Notes: a model not told the origin generated them from the sequence alone. Counted from the stretch's first letter, positions 41,330 to 56,967 are shown. The stretch is DNA of 64,000 nt from Eledone cirrhosa (GCA_964016885.1 OZ024754.1:19096001-19160000); one strand, 5' to 3'. Numbers and translations are program-made.

Positions 41330-41330
<1 letters not shown>
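39450..41330 (+). mobile_element. Neptune-like PLE 3' fragment with open GIY-YIG domain
   Basis: ORF 39564-40085 reads CDKPNCGIC and LIYVLTCSGCREQYIGQT; homologous to the C-terminus of the 52697 ORF. pLTR carries a decayed HHR at 41199-41236. Confidence 0.9.
40500..40683 (-). mobile_element. SINE family 1 with 15-bp TSD
   Basis: AAAATATCGAATAAT at 40485-40499 and 40684-40698 defines the exact SINE ends. Confidence 0.95.
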
Positions 41331-41424
<94 letters not shown>

Positions 41425-41465
41425 CATATAATATAAGATCAAAAGATAGTTAAAAGAGTTCCATG

Positions 41466-41536
41466 TATTTTATTATGCGCATTTCAAAAACAAATATCAT
41501 CATGAGATGACATTTGCGTTTTCGTCAGATAAAATA
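41466..41536 (-). ncRNA. Hammerhead ribozyme
   Basis: tattttat-CTGACGA-AAAcgCAAATGTCATCtcatGATGATATTTGttTTT-GAAA-TGCGCA-TA-ataaaata. Confidence 0.9.
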
Positions 41537-41942
41537 ATACTCACCTCCTACACACACATATATATATATATAACGAAGGAAATGTGGTATGGAACCAGAT
41601 GGACCATAACGCACCAAAGTACCAATACTTGGGGTAGTAGAGTCGGTAATAGGAACAAGTAGGACCCCTACTTGTTCCTATATATATATATAATGTATGA
41701 CTCACTATGACTTTTTCAATTTTTAACGGAAACTTCAATACGTATATATATATATATATAGGAAAAGTATGACCCCGACGGCAGAGCTCAAGCCGTTTCG
41801 ACGGCTATTTCTGGACAGCCGTCGAAACGGCTTGAGCTCTACCGACGGGGTCATACATTTTCCTATTTCCCACTCTACTACACTAAGTATTGAGTACTCT
41901 GGTGCGTTATGGTCCATCTGGTTCCTTACCACAATTTCTTTG

Positions 41943-41990
<48 letters not shown>

Positions 41991-42020
41991 AGATCAACAG
42001 ATGGTTAAAAGAGTTCCATG

Positions 42021-42091
42021 TATTTTATTATGCGCATTTCAAAAACAAATATCATCATGCGATGACATTTGCGTTTTCGTCAGATAAAATA
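42021..42091 (-). ncRNA. Hammerhead ribozyme, tandem copy of 41466
   Basis: Identical except one loop II base. Confidence 0.9.
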
Positions 42092-42350
42092 GGAAGACAT
42101 GATATGAAGGTTAAAAAACACCTGTGAATAGTGCAGTTTTAAATCAACATATATTCTTATCCGATATCTGCATTGCTTTATTGTACTACAATAAAACTCA
42201 CCTCCTACATTATAAATATATATATAATAAGGAGTTGACGAACACAGCATATCTATCAATGCCAGGACCGGTTATATCTCAGCTTACTCCATGGGCAATG
42301 TAAGATACATTCCCAGAGTATACATAGTTATTCTCTTCAATACACTATAC

Positions 42351-42426
<76 letters not shown>

Positions 42427-42428
<2 letters not shown>

Positions 42429-42483
42429 AAGTTTCAGAAGATACCGTTAAGGGTGAAAGCACCGATTCTTTGCTTAAACTTTA
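42427..42483 (+). ncRNA. Hammerhead (U4A family) as an isolated mini-element
   Basis: taaagttt-CAGAAGA-...-GAAA-GCA...TGC-TT-aaacttta, between (TA)n tracts. Confidence 0.6.
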
Positions 42484-42510
42484 ATCTGTTATTTTAATAA
42501 ATATATATAT

Positions 42511-44080
42511 ATAACGAAGGAAGTGTGGTGAGGAACCAGATGGACCATAACGCACCAGAGTACTCAATACGTAGGGTAGTAGAGTGGGTAATAGGAAAAT
42601 GTTCAACCCCGACGGCAGAGCTCAAGCCGTTTCGACGGCTATTTCTGGACTAAATTAGAATTTTTAGCGTGGTAATAAATAGCCGAAATTTTCAAGGGTT
42701 AATTCCATATATGTGAAGATTGCAGTTGTCAAAACGATTGGTCAACATTTCTTGTAAACACAATTAACTCTTTCATGGCGGTGGGTCGGCGGTGGGGATG
42801 GCTGAACTTGCCTGTAGAACAATGAGGGAGTGATGGAGCCGGACAAGCGTTGAAAGTGAATTCTATACAGCAAATTCTAAGGATTGTTTATGAAATTAGG
42901 CTAAGAAATCAGGCGAAAAAGAATTCTGGAGAAATCTGAGAGTAGGAAGTTATAATTTAAAAGGTTAATAAATTGAGATTAAAAAATAAAAAAAAATTAT
43001 AAAACAATTAAATAGTAAAAAAATAAAAATCTAGAGTCTAAAGCAGCTGCTATATTTTTAGCTGGTATTGCGTTTTCGGTCAATGCTATATAGAATTTAC
43101 TGGGTGGGGTACTGAGGCTACAAAAGCCCGATGGACTGCCTCAGGGTAGGCGAAAGAGGAAAAAGGAAAAGGAAGAGGAGACGGAGTGGAAGGAAGTGAG
43201 AAGAAGAGATAAAGGGAAAAAAAGAAAAGTACATCTTCCTATGTATGCTGTGGTTTGCCCTATCTTGTTCGGCAAGTTGGGAAAAGAAGGATGTTGCAGC
43301 CATTGTCTACCCACCCGGGTCATGAGGAGGTTTGAGGGCGAGCTAAGTCCTACGTAATCGGTGTTTATATGCAGTTACAAGTTCGTCTTTGTTTAGGAGT
43401 TGGTCCTTCGTAAACAGCATTTGTATTGTTTCCTCCGAGCATAAGTTACACGGACGGCCTCCTCCCGTGTAGGAGTTAGCCATGGACAGTAAGCTTCAAG
43501 TAAGATTGTATGTTATGTTATTATCTTGGAGGTCCCAGATGTTGCCGGAAAGTGTAGTGGCATGTCAACGTATCGCGGTCTTAAAGTCACAAGTGGTTAA
43601 TCCTATGTAGGCTTTGTTTGAGTTTTCCGTCCTCATGTTGCATTGGTAGATCACGTTACGTTTTCGGCATCTGTTGTTAAGGGGGCACGTAGATCTATCA
43701 GGGCAGTTACACCTCCTGGTCGGCTCTCTACTAATGTCTAGGTTGTTTCTTCCATAGGAGTTGAGTTTATTGTTGTTTGAGGAGGCGATGTTTTGTGCAA
43801 AGTTGGGTGTGGTGCTGTAGGAGAGTTTGATAGTGTTTTTGTTGATTATGTTGTGGTAGCGGTGTTGTGGTGGGAAGTGTTTTACGAGGAGCCTAAAGAA
43901 GATTTTCCTGATTGGTGTTGTAACCTCGGCATTGTGGGGAGGGTTGAACCACGTTACGTGGCGTGAGCGGCGGCGTCGCCTGCTGGTTCTGCTAAGGGAA
44001 GCTGGATAAAAGGAGATTTCCTCCCGAAAGCGGCTTCGCTTGAGGGCTTGGTTGTAACGAGACGCATGTTTATAGAATAT
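42511..44080 (-). mobile_element. Naiad-like PLE 3' fragment with pLTR
   Basis: Manual minus-strand translation gives WFNPPH, CNCPDRSTCPLNNRC, VIYQC..AYIGLT and CNLC, with stops and frameshifts. Ends in (TA)n. Confidence 0.85.
42603..42702 (-). ncRNA. Hammerhead ribozyme, U3-A8 core, long helix II, full helix III
   Basis: ttaaccc-TTGAAAA-tttCGGCTATTT...AAATAGCCGtc-GAAA-CGGCttgagctctGCCG-TC-ggggttga. Confidence 0.75.
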
Positions 44081-44216
44081 CTTATGAGTTATTTGGTTTG
44101 TTGATTATTGAACAAAGTTAATTTACAACAGATTAGAAGCACTCAACGGTATTATCCGGAGTATCATTAATATCAATAATATTAATAAATGGAAAATATC
44201 TTTATAAAACCATATT

Positions 44217-44277
44217 TATTTTATTATACGTATTTCAAGGGTACTAATATTTTAGTACGCTTTCGTCAGATAAAATA
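44217..44277 (-). ncRNA. Hammerhead ribozyme, covariant relative of 41466
   Basis: tattttat-CTGACGA-AAGcGTACTAAaataTTAGTACcCTT-GAAA-TACGTA-TA-ataaaata. Confidence 0.9.
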
Positions 44278-45416
44278 CAATAATTGGTGTAAAGATAGTG
44301 ACATATCTTCATATGAACTTCATGTTATAAGTCTGGAGAAGATAGTGAATATAATTTTTCAAAACTTAGGAGAAATATGCTAATGAAGATAATGTTAAAA
44401 CTGAAAAGGTCCGTTAAGTTCAGACGCTAGATAGATTTTAAATATTTATCTAAATATGTTAAAGGGTTTGCTATTAAATTTGAAAAAAAATATTGTAGAG
44501 TAATTTTAGAATTATTTATAGAAATATGCATATATACACCCAAACATATTTACATGGGTATAGAAAGAATGATATAATTATATTTATTTATTTATTTAAT
44601 TTTATAATATATTTTAAGAATATGGAAGTATTTATAATATTTAGGTGAGATTTATAATGTAATGTATTAAATTGAGAACTATTAATTTATTAAAGCAATT
44701 ACAACAATATAATATGTGAAAGATACCCTGTATTTAGATATACGATTGGATATATTTTAGTATTATGAGTGAAGTTATAAATATAATGTATTGTAGTATA
44801 AGACATTATTGTATATCGTTATTAAAAAAGATTATTTAGAAAATGAATGATTATGCGTGAATATAGATCTTATTTAAGTATATATATAGACAGAATTATA
44901 AATGAGCGTAAGATAGATCAAGCGATAATATATATGCATTTTTTATATATACCTTAAGAATGTGAAAATAATTATATTTTTTTTAATTGAAGATGTATAA
45001 TATTATGTATAAGCTATTATTGTATAAGGTTAGTTATATAAATTTAAACATTTATGTAAAATTTGAATGTCTTGTATATGTGAATTGTAAACAAACTTTT
45101 ATTAAGGGAAAGATAACTCTAGTGTTTGGTAATTTAAGGAATGTAAATTATTTAAAGATATATTGTTTTATCTAATGTTTAACCTAATAATTAATTATAA
45201 TTTATATTATAATATAAGTAATATGAAGCGTAAATAGTTTTAAGGAATACATTTACGGGAATTCGTGGATTGTTTGAGTTGTACTAGATGCCAACACAAG
45301 AGCAAGAACGACGAGGTCATTCTACTGACATGCTTAAGAGGCTGTTTGCATAATATTCGAAAAACTCAGATTTACATTTCTTGTATACAGCCATGTAGAG
45401 TGATAAAAACTATTTG

Positions 45417-45461
<45 letters not shown>

Positions 45462-45466
<5 letters not shown>

Positions 45467-46175
45467 ATAATAATAAATTTGAAGACTAAAATCCAAAGAG
45501 GGCTCGATAAGGATAAATATATATCAAATATATAAGAACCGTAGAGCAAATATTTATTAAAATAACAGATTAAAGTTTAAGCAAAGAATCGCTGCTTTCA
45601 CCCTTAACGGGATCTTCTGAAATTAACAAAGTCAATCTGTAAACGCAGAAGTGGAAATTTCAAAAAACGTTGCAACCGGAGGAAGACAGGAAGACGATAC
45701 TTTGGTTCGTGGAAACGTTCGCTGGCAAAGAACGGAAAAAAACGAATATAATAGGAGCGGTGAAAAACAATTACGCGCAAAGACAGAACCACGTTTATGG
45801 TATAAAAGAGGTCGTAGACTAATGTTCTCTTAGGTGGTTCATAGAGACGTTCTCTGGCAATGAACGAAAAAAACGAAGATAATACGTCATAAGTGGAGCG
45901 TGGAGAACAATAGCACGTAAAGATAAAACCACGTAAATGGTATAGCAGAAGTCGTAGACTAAAATTCTAACTAGGAGACCGGGAAATGCCTCTCTAGTAA
46001 CATTGTCTACAAATGTGAGGTTGTAACACGAACCAAAGTATCGTCTTCCTGTCTTCCTCCGGTTGCAACGTTTTTTGAAATATCCCCTTCTGCGTTTACA
46101 GATTGACTTTGTTAGTTTCAGAAGATCCCGTTAAGGGTGAAAGCAGCGATTCTTTGCTTAAACTTTAATCTGTTA

Positions 46176-46182
<7 letters not shown>
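45462..46182 (-). mobile_element. Inverted pLTR pair of the 616-3022 family; U4A HHRs at 45574-45624(-) and 46114-46164(+)
   Basis: 45462-45980 matches 616-1138 and 46027-46182 is its inverse. (TA)n on both sides. Confidence 0.9.
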
Positions 46183-46229
<47 letters not shown>

Positions 46230-46532
46230 TTATTGAGTAAAAGGACAGGACGCCAGACAGTGAAATTCCTCCAAAGATTTATTATAGCGAAGGATCTTGG
46301 TCATTGAAATGTGCATAGTGTTTGCTATAATAAATCTTTGGAGGAATTTCACTGTTTGGCCTCCTGTCCTTTTACTCAATAATAATTAATTCCGTTCTCA
46401 CACCACCAACAAGATTCAAGATAAACGAAGATAGATGAGTTGCATAACGTCGAATGCTTTTCCTAATAATTACATCATGGTTGACTATACGGAATGACCA
46501 GTTCAATCCAGTGGCGAACCAACAAACCTAAA

Positions 46533-46575
<43 letters not shown>

Positions 46576-49080
46576 TTTATTATGGCGAAGTAATGATTCT
46601 TGTTACTCTGGAGTTTCATCTGTGTACTCATAAGATGATTTCGTCTGATGATCCTGTGAGTACACAAGATGCTTTGTGGAAGCTCTGCAGTTGCCCAAGC
46701 ATACCAGTTTCCCATTGTCACGCCACCAATGTTGTCCAAGGAAAAGGAAAAGGACGATACATCTTGGAACCAGTGTCATCGCAACCCATGTTTAGCACTG
46801 AGGGGTCTGCAGCAACGTAAAATAAAGTGTTTTGCTCAAGGACACTGCACACCGTCAGGTCCGGGAATCGAATTCACGACTTTGTGATCGTAAGCCCAAC
46901 ACTCTAACCAGTAGACCATGCACCTTTACAAAATAATGTATAACTGTTGACAAAGGCGCAAGGCTACACCTTTTCAAGGAAGGTATAACTAATCTTCACC
47001 AATGCTTCACGAAGTCTAAAGCCCGACTCAAACCAGAAGGCTCGTTAGGCTGGTACTTACCCCGGTTTTGTGGCGTAAAGCGACTGAGAGTACGGGACCG
47101 CCCCCTGGAACGATGCCAGCTTACTGCAGGGTTAAACCCCCAGCTATTGTTTATGTTAATTTTCAGTTGAGTATACTGGAGCAACGTGAAATGAAGTGTT
47201 TTGCTCGAGAACACAACACGTCAGGAATTGAATCCAGTATGCTATGATGGTAATTCCAACACCCTTACCACTAGGCCATTTATTTTACTGACACCCCCAC
47301 CCACCAGAAATATAAAAATGAAAGGGTGAAATTATGAAGCTACAATTAGAAATCGAAACACTGCCATCGATTTGTTTCATCAGGATCAAGAAAATTTGAG
47401 ATATTTTTTTAAAGCTATCAGAATGATTAAAGCGTTTTCAAAGAACATGCGCCATCATTATCATTTCAAATTATTGGCTTTAATTATGTCCACCTTGAAA
47501 ATACGGAATCACGACTCCCGCAGAAGAAAAAAAAAAAAGATTCTCGTTATAATTAATTATTTTATTAGAAAAGATGGTTGGCCGAAGAAAAACAAGCAAC
47601 TTTCAAACTGTGTTGCATCACTGAGCTAAATAAATGTGATTAAAAGAAAATTAATTTCAATTGGTACGTGAAGAAAATGAAAGAGGAATAAAAATTGGTT
47701 ACTTTCTGAATTTTCTCTTCTATTTTCTGTGTTTGGTGAAACTGTTTGTATTAATCTCCGGTGTTTCGTCTTAAACTGACAGAGTTCCTAATCTTTAAAC
47801 TTAAAATTGACGTTTAATGAGTATGTTCATTAATTTCCGGTCCCTGGCTTTGAACCTTATCACTCATACTTTCATAGACGTCACTTCCGCTTTCATTACA
47901 CTGCTTCTGCTAGTTAGTCATATTATGTCATATGATAGATAGTAACAGAAGCTGTCGTTGATTGGCATTAATCCGTAGAGCGTCCGACAAAATACTTTGC
48001 GGTATTTAGTTACGACTTATTACGTTCTGAATACAAATCGCACTGAGGTTACTTTTACCTTCCATCCTTCCTGAGTTGATAAAATAAAGGACCAGTTAAG
48101 TACTGGGGTTAATATAATCGTCTATACCCTTCCTTTGTGAAGGCACGTGGCCGAGTGGTTTGAGAATTGGATTCGCAATCGTGAGGTTGTGAGTTCGATT
48201 CCCGGACAGAACGATGCGTCCTTGAGCAAGGCACTTTATTTCACGTTGCTCCTTCTGCCTGGATTTGCGACTCGTAGATAGTATTATCAATTGGAAAGAC
48301 CAATGGAAACATCGCCTGTTGATATGCCCTTCCTCCATTGTGCCAATGTTAGAAAGAATCATTGTCAGTAATATAATCATCATTGACGTAGTAGTCGCCA
48401 CCATAGTTATGATCATCATATTATGCACCCCACACTTCCCTCTAAACAACACCCTCTATAGGGATGATGCTAAGTAGACCGACCGACAGTAACTTGGTAG
48501 TTGGGGGAAAACGACCTTTACCATTGGGGTCGATATAATCGACTTTCCCTTCCCACCAAAATTGTTGACATTGTGCCTAAATAAGAAACCATTATTATTA
48601 GTAGTAGTCTTATATTCTCTGTGTGCTGTGTCACTTTATTAAAGAGCACAGCTCCGTGTGCCTTGGCTATGTGCAGTGCTATGTTTTTACTGCTTTTGTT
48701 TCTATTTTCATTGAAAGTAGTCTTCGTAATATGTGTACAGTGGAATTTGAGTTGAAAAGTAAAGGAAAAAAAGGAAAGAAAAAAAAAAGAGAAAAAAGAA
48801 AGAGGGAAAAAAAAAAGAAAGAAAAAAGAAAGAAGGCAGTAAGAAAGAGAGAAAGGAAGATCTTGAAAGACTATTTCCAGTTATTGCACGATAGCAAATA
48901 TTTTGCTGAGAAAGTAATCGAGTTGGTTTTTCATGTTTCATTGAACAGCAGTTTTTTAAACTTAAAGATTCACTGGTAAATATATGATGTCAACATGAAT
49001 GGAGCTGTTGTTTTTATCTAAAGATATTTTTTCCAATTCCATTCCGCCCGTCCCCTCAATCTATTTTATTTCTCATTCTT

Positions 49081-49116
49081 TCTTCTGATGAAGGACTTGC
49101 GTCCGAAACGTTAAGG
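49081..49116 (+). ncRNA. Minimal hammerhead (family of 17094)
   Basis: tctt-CTGATGA-aGGACttgcGTCC-GAAA-CG-TT-aagg. Confidence 0.7.
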
Positions 49117-49197
49117 CCCTCTTCCTGCTATATCAAGCGTTAACTTAATATATACCTTCCATATACTGTACCGATTGTGTTGTTATTTCTGTTTACC

Positions 49198-49375
<178 letters not shown>

Positions 49376-49386
49376 GTGTAAATATA

Positions 49387-49501
<115 letters not shown>

Positions 49502-49529
49502 GTATATATATATGTATATATATATATAT

Positions 49530-51971
<2,442 letters not shown>

Positions 51972-52283
51972 TATATTTATATTCATATTTATATAATTCT
52001 ATGCCTACGGCTGTGGACATCACATATTTATAAATATATACATATTTATATATATATAGAGAGAGAGAGAAAGAGAGAGAGGGGGATGAAAGGGAGAGAG
52101 TGAGATAGGTGAGAGAGACATGCATACATACGTAAGCATCCCTTTATTGCGAGTTATTTTAGGTGTTTTCATACATAAGAGTACGAGAGCATAATTGTAA
52201 AGGTACATGTAGCTATGTGTAAATGCAAACATACATGTGAATATGGATATACAGATATATATGGATATACATATATATATATT

Positions 52284-52363
<80 letters not shown>

Positions 52364-52367
<4 letters not shown>

Positions 52368-54538
52368 CACCAACACCACAATATCCTAACCCCAACGAGA
52401 TAAATGACGATATCTCACACTTCTGTAGAAAATTACGTCTCACAGAGGAATTCTTTGACAAGGAGAATAACGACGAATCAATTGTACGGAATAAAAGCAG
52501 CTACAACCCAACAAAAGGTAGAAACAGAGTTCTGGACAAATTTTGTGACCACATAGCTACCTTCCCATACCATGAACTACCGCAACCTAAACCCAAACCC
52601 AACACAAGTCGAAGGGAATGGGAGATTATCCATGAACTAAAAAACAATCCGGACATTGTAATTAAGGAAGCGGACAAGGGAAGTACTGTTGTCATTATGG
52701 AGGCTGAAAAATATAAAAATTCTATGTTCTCTCTCTTACAAAATGCTAATTACTATGAAAGAGTAAAAAACTACCAGCAATCAAAAATAATGACCAAATT
52801 AAACACACTGATTTATCGATACCAGGAAGACCTAACTAAAAAGGAACGCGATTATTTAACAAATTTTGAATACAAAACCAGCAACCTTTACGGACTTCCG
52901 AAGATCCACAAATGTAAAATAATCAACGATGCCTGTAAACAATCCACCTCAGCCTGCGTGAACACACAATACCCCACAGACCTTAAATTAAGACCAATTG
53001 TAGCGGGCCCACAATGTGAAACACACAGATTGAGCAACTTTATAGACATACTACTGAAACCAATACTGAAACACATACCAAGCCTTGTAAGAGACGATCT
53101 GGACCTCTTAAACCACCTCCCCAAACATGTCAACAACGACACTATTATTGTGTCTTTCGATGTAGTGAATCTCTACACAACGATCCCACACCAATACGGA
53201 CTAGAAGCAATAGGATTCTGGCTAGAGAAATATCCCAATGAGATACCTGACAGAATAGAAAAAAGCTTCATCACCGAGGGATTAAAATTCATCCTACAGA
53301 ACAACTTTTTTGATTTCGATGGCAATACTTACAAGCAAATATCGGGGACTGCGATGGGCACAAAAGCCGCTCCAACTTATGCCAACTTAGTCATGGCATA
53401 CTTAGAAGTCCAGATATATGAACAGTCCAAATCAAAATACGGATTGAACTTCCACAAATATTTATCAGAGAATTGGAAACGCTACTTGGATGATTGCCTC
53501 ATTCTTTGGTCCCACACACTCGACCAACTGAAGGATTTCAAAAACTTAATAAACGGCATCAATAACCACATCCAATTCACAATGGAATACAGCCAAGATC
53601 AACTCCCATTTCTGGACATCTTAATCACAAAAAAAGACACAAATATCGAAACTGACATACACTACAAACCAACAGATTCCAAACAATATCTGCTATTCAC
53701 CTCCAACCATCCAAAGCACACGAAGACGAACATTCCTTTTAACCTAGCAAGAAGAATTTGCACAATTGTCTCCAATTATGAAACGCGAAATAAAAGACTT
53801 CAAGAATTAAAGGAAATTCTACTTGAGAGAGAGTACCCACTATTACTAATAAATAATGGAATAGAAAGGGCTAAAGCAATAGGCATTGATGAATTACGGA
53901 AACAGAAACAAATTCAAGGTACGTCCAATATTCTATCATATATCTCAACACACAACCCAAGAAATGCGGAAGCTTACAACACTATTCACAATAACATCCC
54001 ACTACTAAAACAAAACCCAAGAATGAAAAAAGCCCTTGAAACACACAAAATAATCAAAAGCAAAAGACAACCAAAATCACTGAAAACATTACTCACCAAT
54101 GCCAAATTACCTACCACAAACCCACAACCAAGTATCAAAAAATGTGGTCGCTCTAATTGTGGAACCTGCACTCACCTCATTGAAGGCAACACGTATACAT
54201 TTAAATCAGGACAAAATTTTACTGTAAAAAATCACTTCACTTGCTCATCAAAAAATCTAATTTATGCCATTAAATGTAAAGGATGCAATGGAGATTATAT
54301 AGGACAAACTAAACTCACACTCAGAAACAGAATGACAGTTCATCGCCAACAATTACGAGATCCAACCACGAGACAAATACCACTAAGTGCACATCTAGAC
54401 ATTTGCGCAAGTAATAAGACACCCAAATTCCAAGTCTTCCCATTTTACCTTTGCGCTAACAATACAACAGAACAAATGCGAATAAATAAGGAAAATATGT
54501 TTATTCAAAAATATAGACCAACATTAAATAAGGTTTAA
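52364..54538 (+). CDS. PLE reverse transcriptase + Cys linker + GIY-YIG endonuclease (first ATG 52697; frame open from 52364)
   Basis: FTPTP, FCRKLRL and ADKG upstream of the ATG; [35 protein letters not shown]; CGRSNCGTC; [18 protein letters not shown]. Confidence 0.97.
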
Positions 54539-55567
54539 TATACATTATGTCAACACCACAATATGACATACACACACACACATAACACCTACTTTAGAAA
54601 ATAAAAACCCGAACTAAATAAACCTTAAACATACGTTTGCACTGGCAATACAACAGCAAACACGAAAAAGTCAGGAAAATATGTTCATTCAAAAATATTC
54701 CTACTAAAGGAATCATTTTCCTACACACACACATACACACACACAATATATATATATATATATATATTCTCTTCATCTTAACATGCTAACCATACTCCCA
54801 CACACATAACACCCATACACACACATAAAAACCCCCACACCTACAACACCCTCCCCATTTCTACTAATAGAACCACTTTCCTACACACATATATATATAC
54901 ACACACACAAAAAATATATATTCTCTCTATCTAACATACTCGCACACACACACATAACACCCATATACACACACACACAACTCCCTCCCCCATCTCTACT
55001 AATAGAATCATCTTCCAATACACACATACACACACACACACATATATACACACACAAGCACACAAATAAACACATATCTTCAGTCTCAATAGAAAATCTG
55101 AACTCTGACACCTGAACTCTGACAGCTGGCCATATTCACTGAACCAGAACATTTCTCCCAATCCCTTTTCCCTTGACCACTATCTCTCCATTGTCATAAC
55201 ATTCACTATAAAGACTACAGAATAGTTTTCCAAATAAGGGCGCAAAAATGTAATGAAAACTTGTTCACGTGACAGCCAAATTTCATTTATAACCAACCAA
55301 AAAAAAGCCTTCGTGAGCCTCATTTTTTCAAGTAAAAAGAAATTCAAACACTCATATATGAAAAAACAACCTGTGACAACCCCCCCCTCTCTTATTTGAA
55401 GAACTATTGTAACGCGAACTGGCGCGAAATTTATTATAATTATTGACAAACCAATCAAATTACTTCTCGAAAAACCTGGTTTTCGAGCCAGTTTTTCCAT
55501 ATAAAACAAGTAACATTTAGAGACCAACCAGATGTGAGAAAAACCACAGACCCTCCATCTCAACTCA

Positions 55568-55605
55568 CCTTTTGAAAAGCAGAAGAACTGCGAAACCGGT
55601 AAAGG
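55568..55605 (+). ncRNA. Hammerhead ribozyme, U3-A8 core
   Basis: cctt-TTGAAAA-GCAGaagaaCTGC-GAAA-CCGG-TA-aagg. Sense to the RT ORF, followed by AATAAA. Confidence 0.8.
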
Positions 55606-55736
55606 AACCAAATAAATATATATATTTTTTAAAAAAATAAGACTTCAGTTGCATTTTCGATTTCATCCCTTTTTCTTTATACTTCCACTCGTGTAGGACA
55701 CCTCGGTTATTTCTCATTTTGTAAAAAAAACCTCAC

Positions 55737-55796
<60 letters not shown>

Positions 55797-56967
55797 TATA
55801 GAAATTACATGAATCAAAGTTCTGTTTAAACCATTTATTCGCTTACAATTGTTTCTTCCAAACCGAGGTTTGAAGTCTTCAGAGCAATTTTTGAATGATT
55901 GTTTACATACATGACCTCCTTTTCAACACAAGAGACATACAGAAACATATGTATATATTGATGCACAGTGGGTTGACATCCATTATAATATTTAGCATGG
56001 CAATCTACATTCAAATATTAAAGTCATATCAAAGAACAAAATTAAAGTTAAAATACAACATTGGCAGTTTACAAAGATAAAGCAAGAGGATAGTTTGAAG
56101 TAGTTAGTGTATGCAATAGTTACACATGGGGTATGCACGTGACACATTTGAGACACCATTTAATGTACATTAGGATAATAACTTAGTTATAGAATTCAGC
56201 TAGTTACCTCCCCTCACGCATTAACTCCCCTTAATCACACACACACTTCCGGAAAATAATACGATGTCAATTCTCGCAACAAAAACAACCTGCTCTATAA
56301 AATTGGATTATAGAACAACTAGCTGTAATATTCTAACATAATTCATCAAGCATCCTATATTGAATCATCGTAGATTAAGTGAAGGACATATAATCTATAT
56401 ATTACGTTTCCTGGATTGTGAAAATGGTGTATACGAAAACCATAACATTGTTTTACTTCTCATTTTTAATATTCTTAATATCTCTCTACACACAAGCTTC
56501 TATATCATACATATAAAAAATACTTTACCAATACAACCCCCATAATACTCTTGATTGCCCGCTTAAAGTACTTGTATTACATATAACACCCTGCCGCACT
56601 ATAATCTTATATAAACAAGACACACGTGCAAGCCCCATGTGTAACTATTGCATACACTAACTACTTCAAACTATCCTCTTGCTTTATCTTCGTAAACTGC
56701 CAATGTTGTATTTTAACTTTAAATTTGTTCTTTGATATGACTTTAATCTTTGAATGTAAATTGCCATGCTAAATATTATAATGGATGTCAACCCACTGTG
56801 CATCAATATATACATATGTTTCTGTATGTCTCTTGTGTTGAAAAGGAGGTCATGTATGTAAACAATCATTGAAAAATTGCTCCAAAGACTCCGAACTTCG
56901 GTTTGGAAGAAACAATTGTAAGCGAATAAATGGTTTAAACAGAACTTTGATTCATGTAATTTCTATA
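55797..56967. mobile_element. Inverted pLTR pair (arms 55797-56130 and 56633-56967)
   Basis: ~335-bp inverted arms, each containing an HHR; related to the 6965 family. Confidence 0.85.
55839..55887 (-). ncRNA. Hammerhead ribozyme
   Basis: ttgct-CTGAAGA-cTTCAAACctcgGTTTGGAa-GAAA-CAATTG-TA-agcga. Confidence 0.88.

Larger units (their letters stand above)
52364..55743 (+). mobile_element. Neptune-like Penelope element, 5'-truncated, with 3' pLTR
   Basis: Bounded by (TA)n on both sides. Intact ORF followed by a 1.2-kb 3' region carrying an HHR. Confidence 0.95.

Noticed and set aside
48143-48206. tRNA gene
   Set aside because: tRNA-like head runs into the SINE family-2 body; acceptor stem is incomplete.
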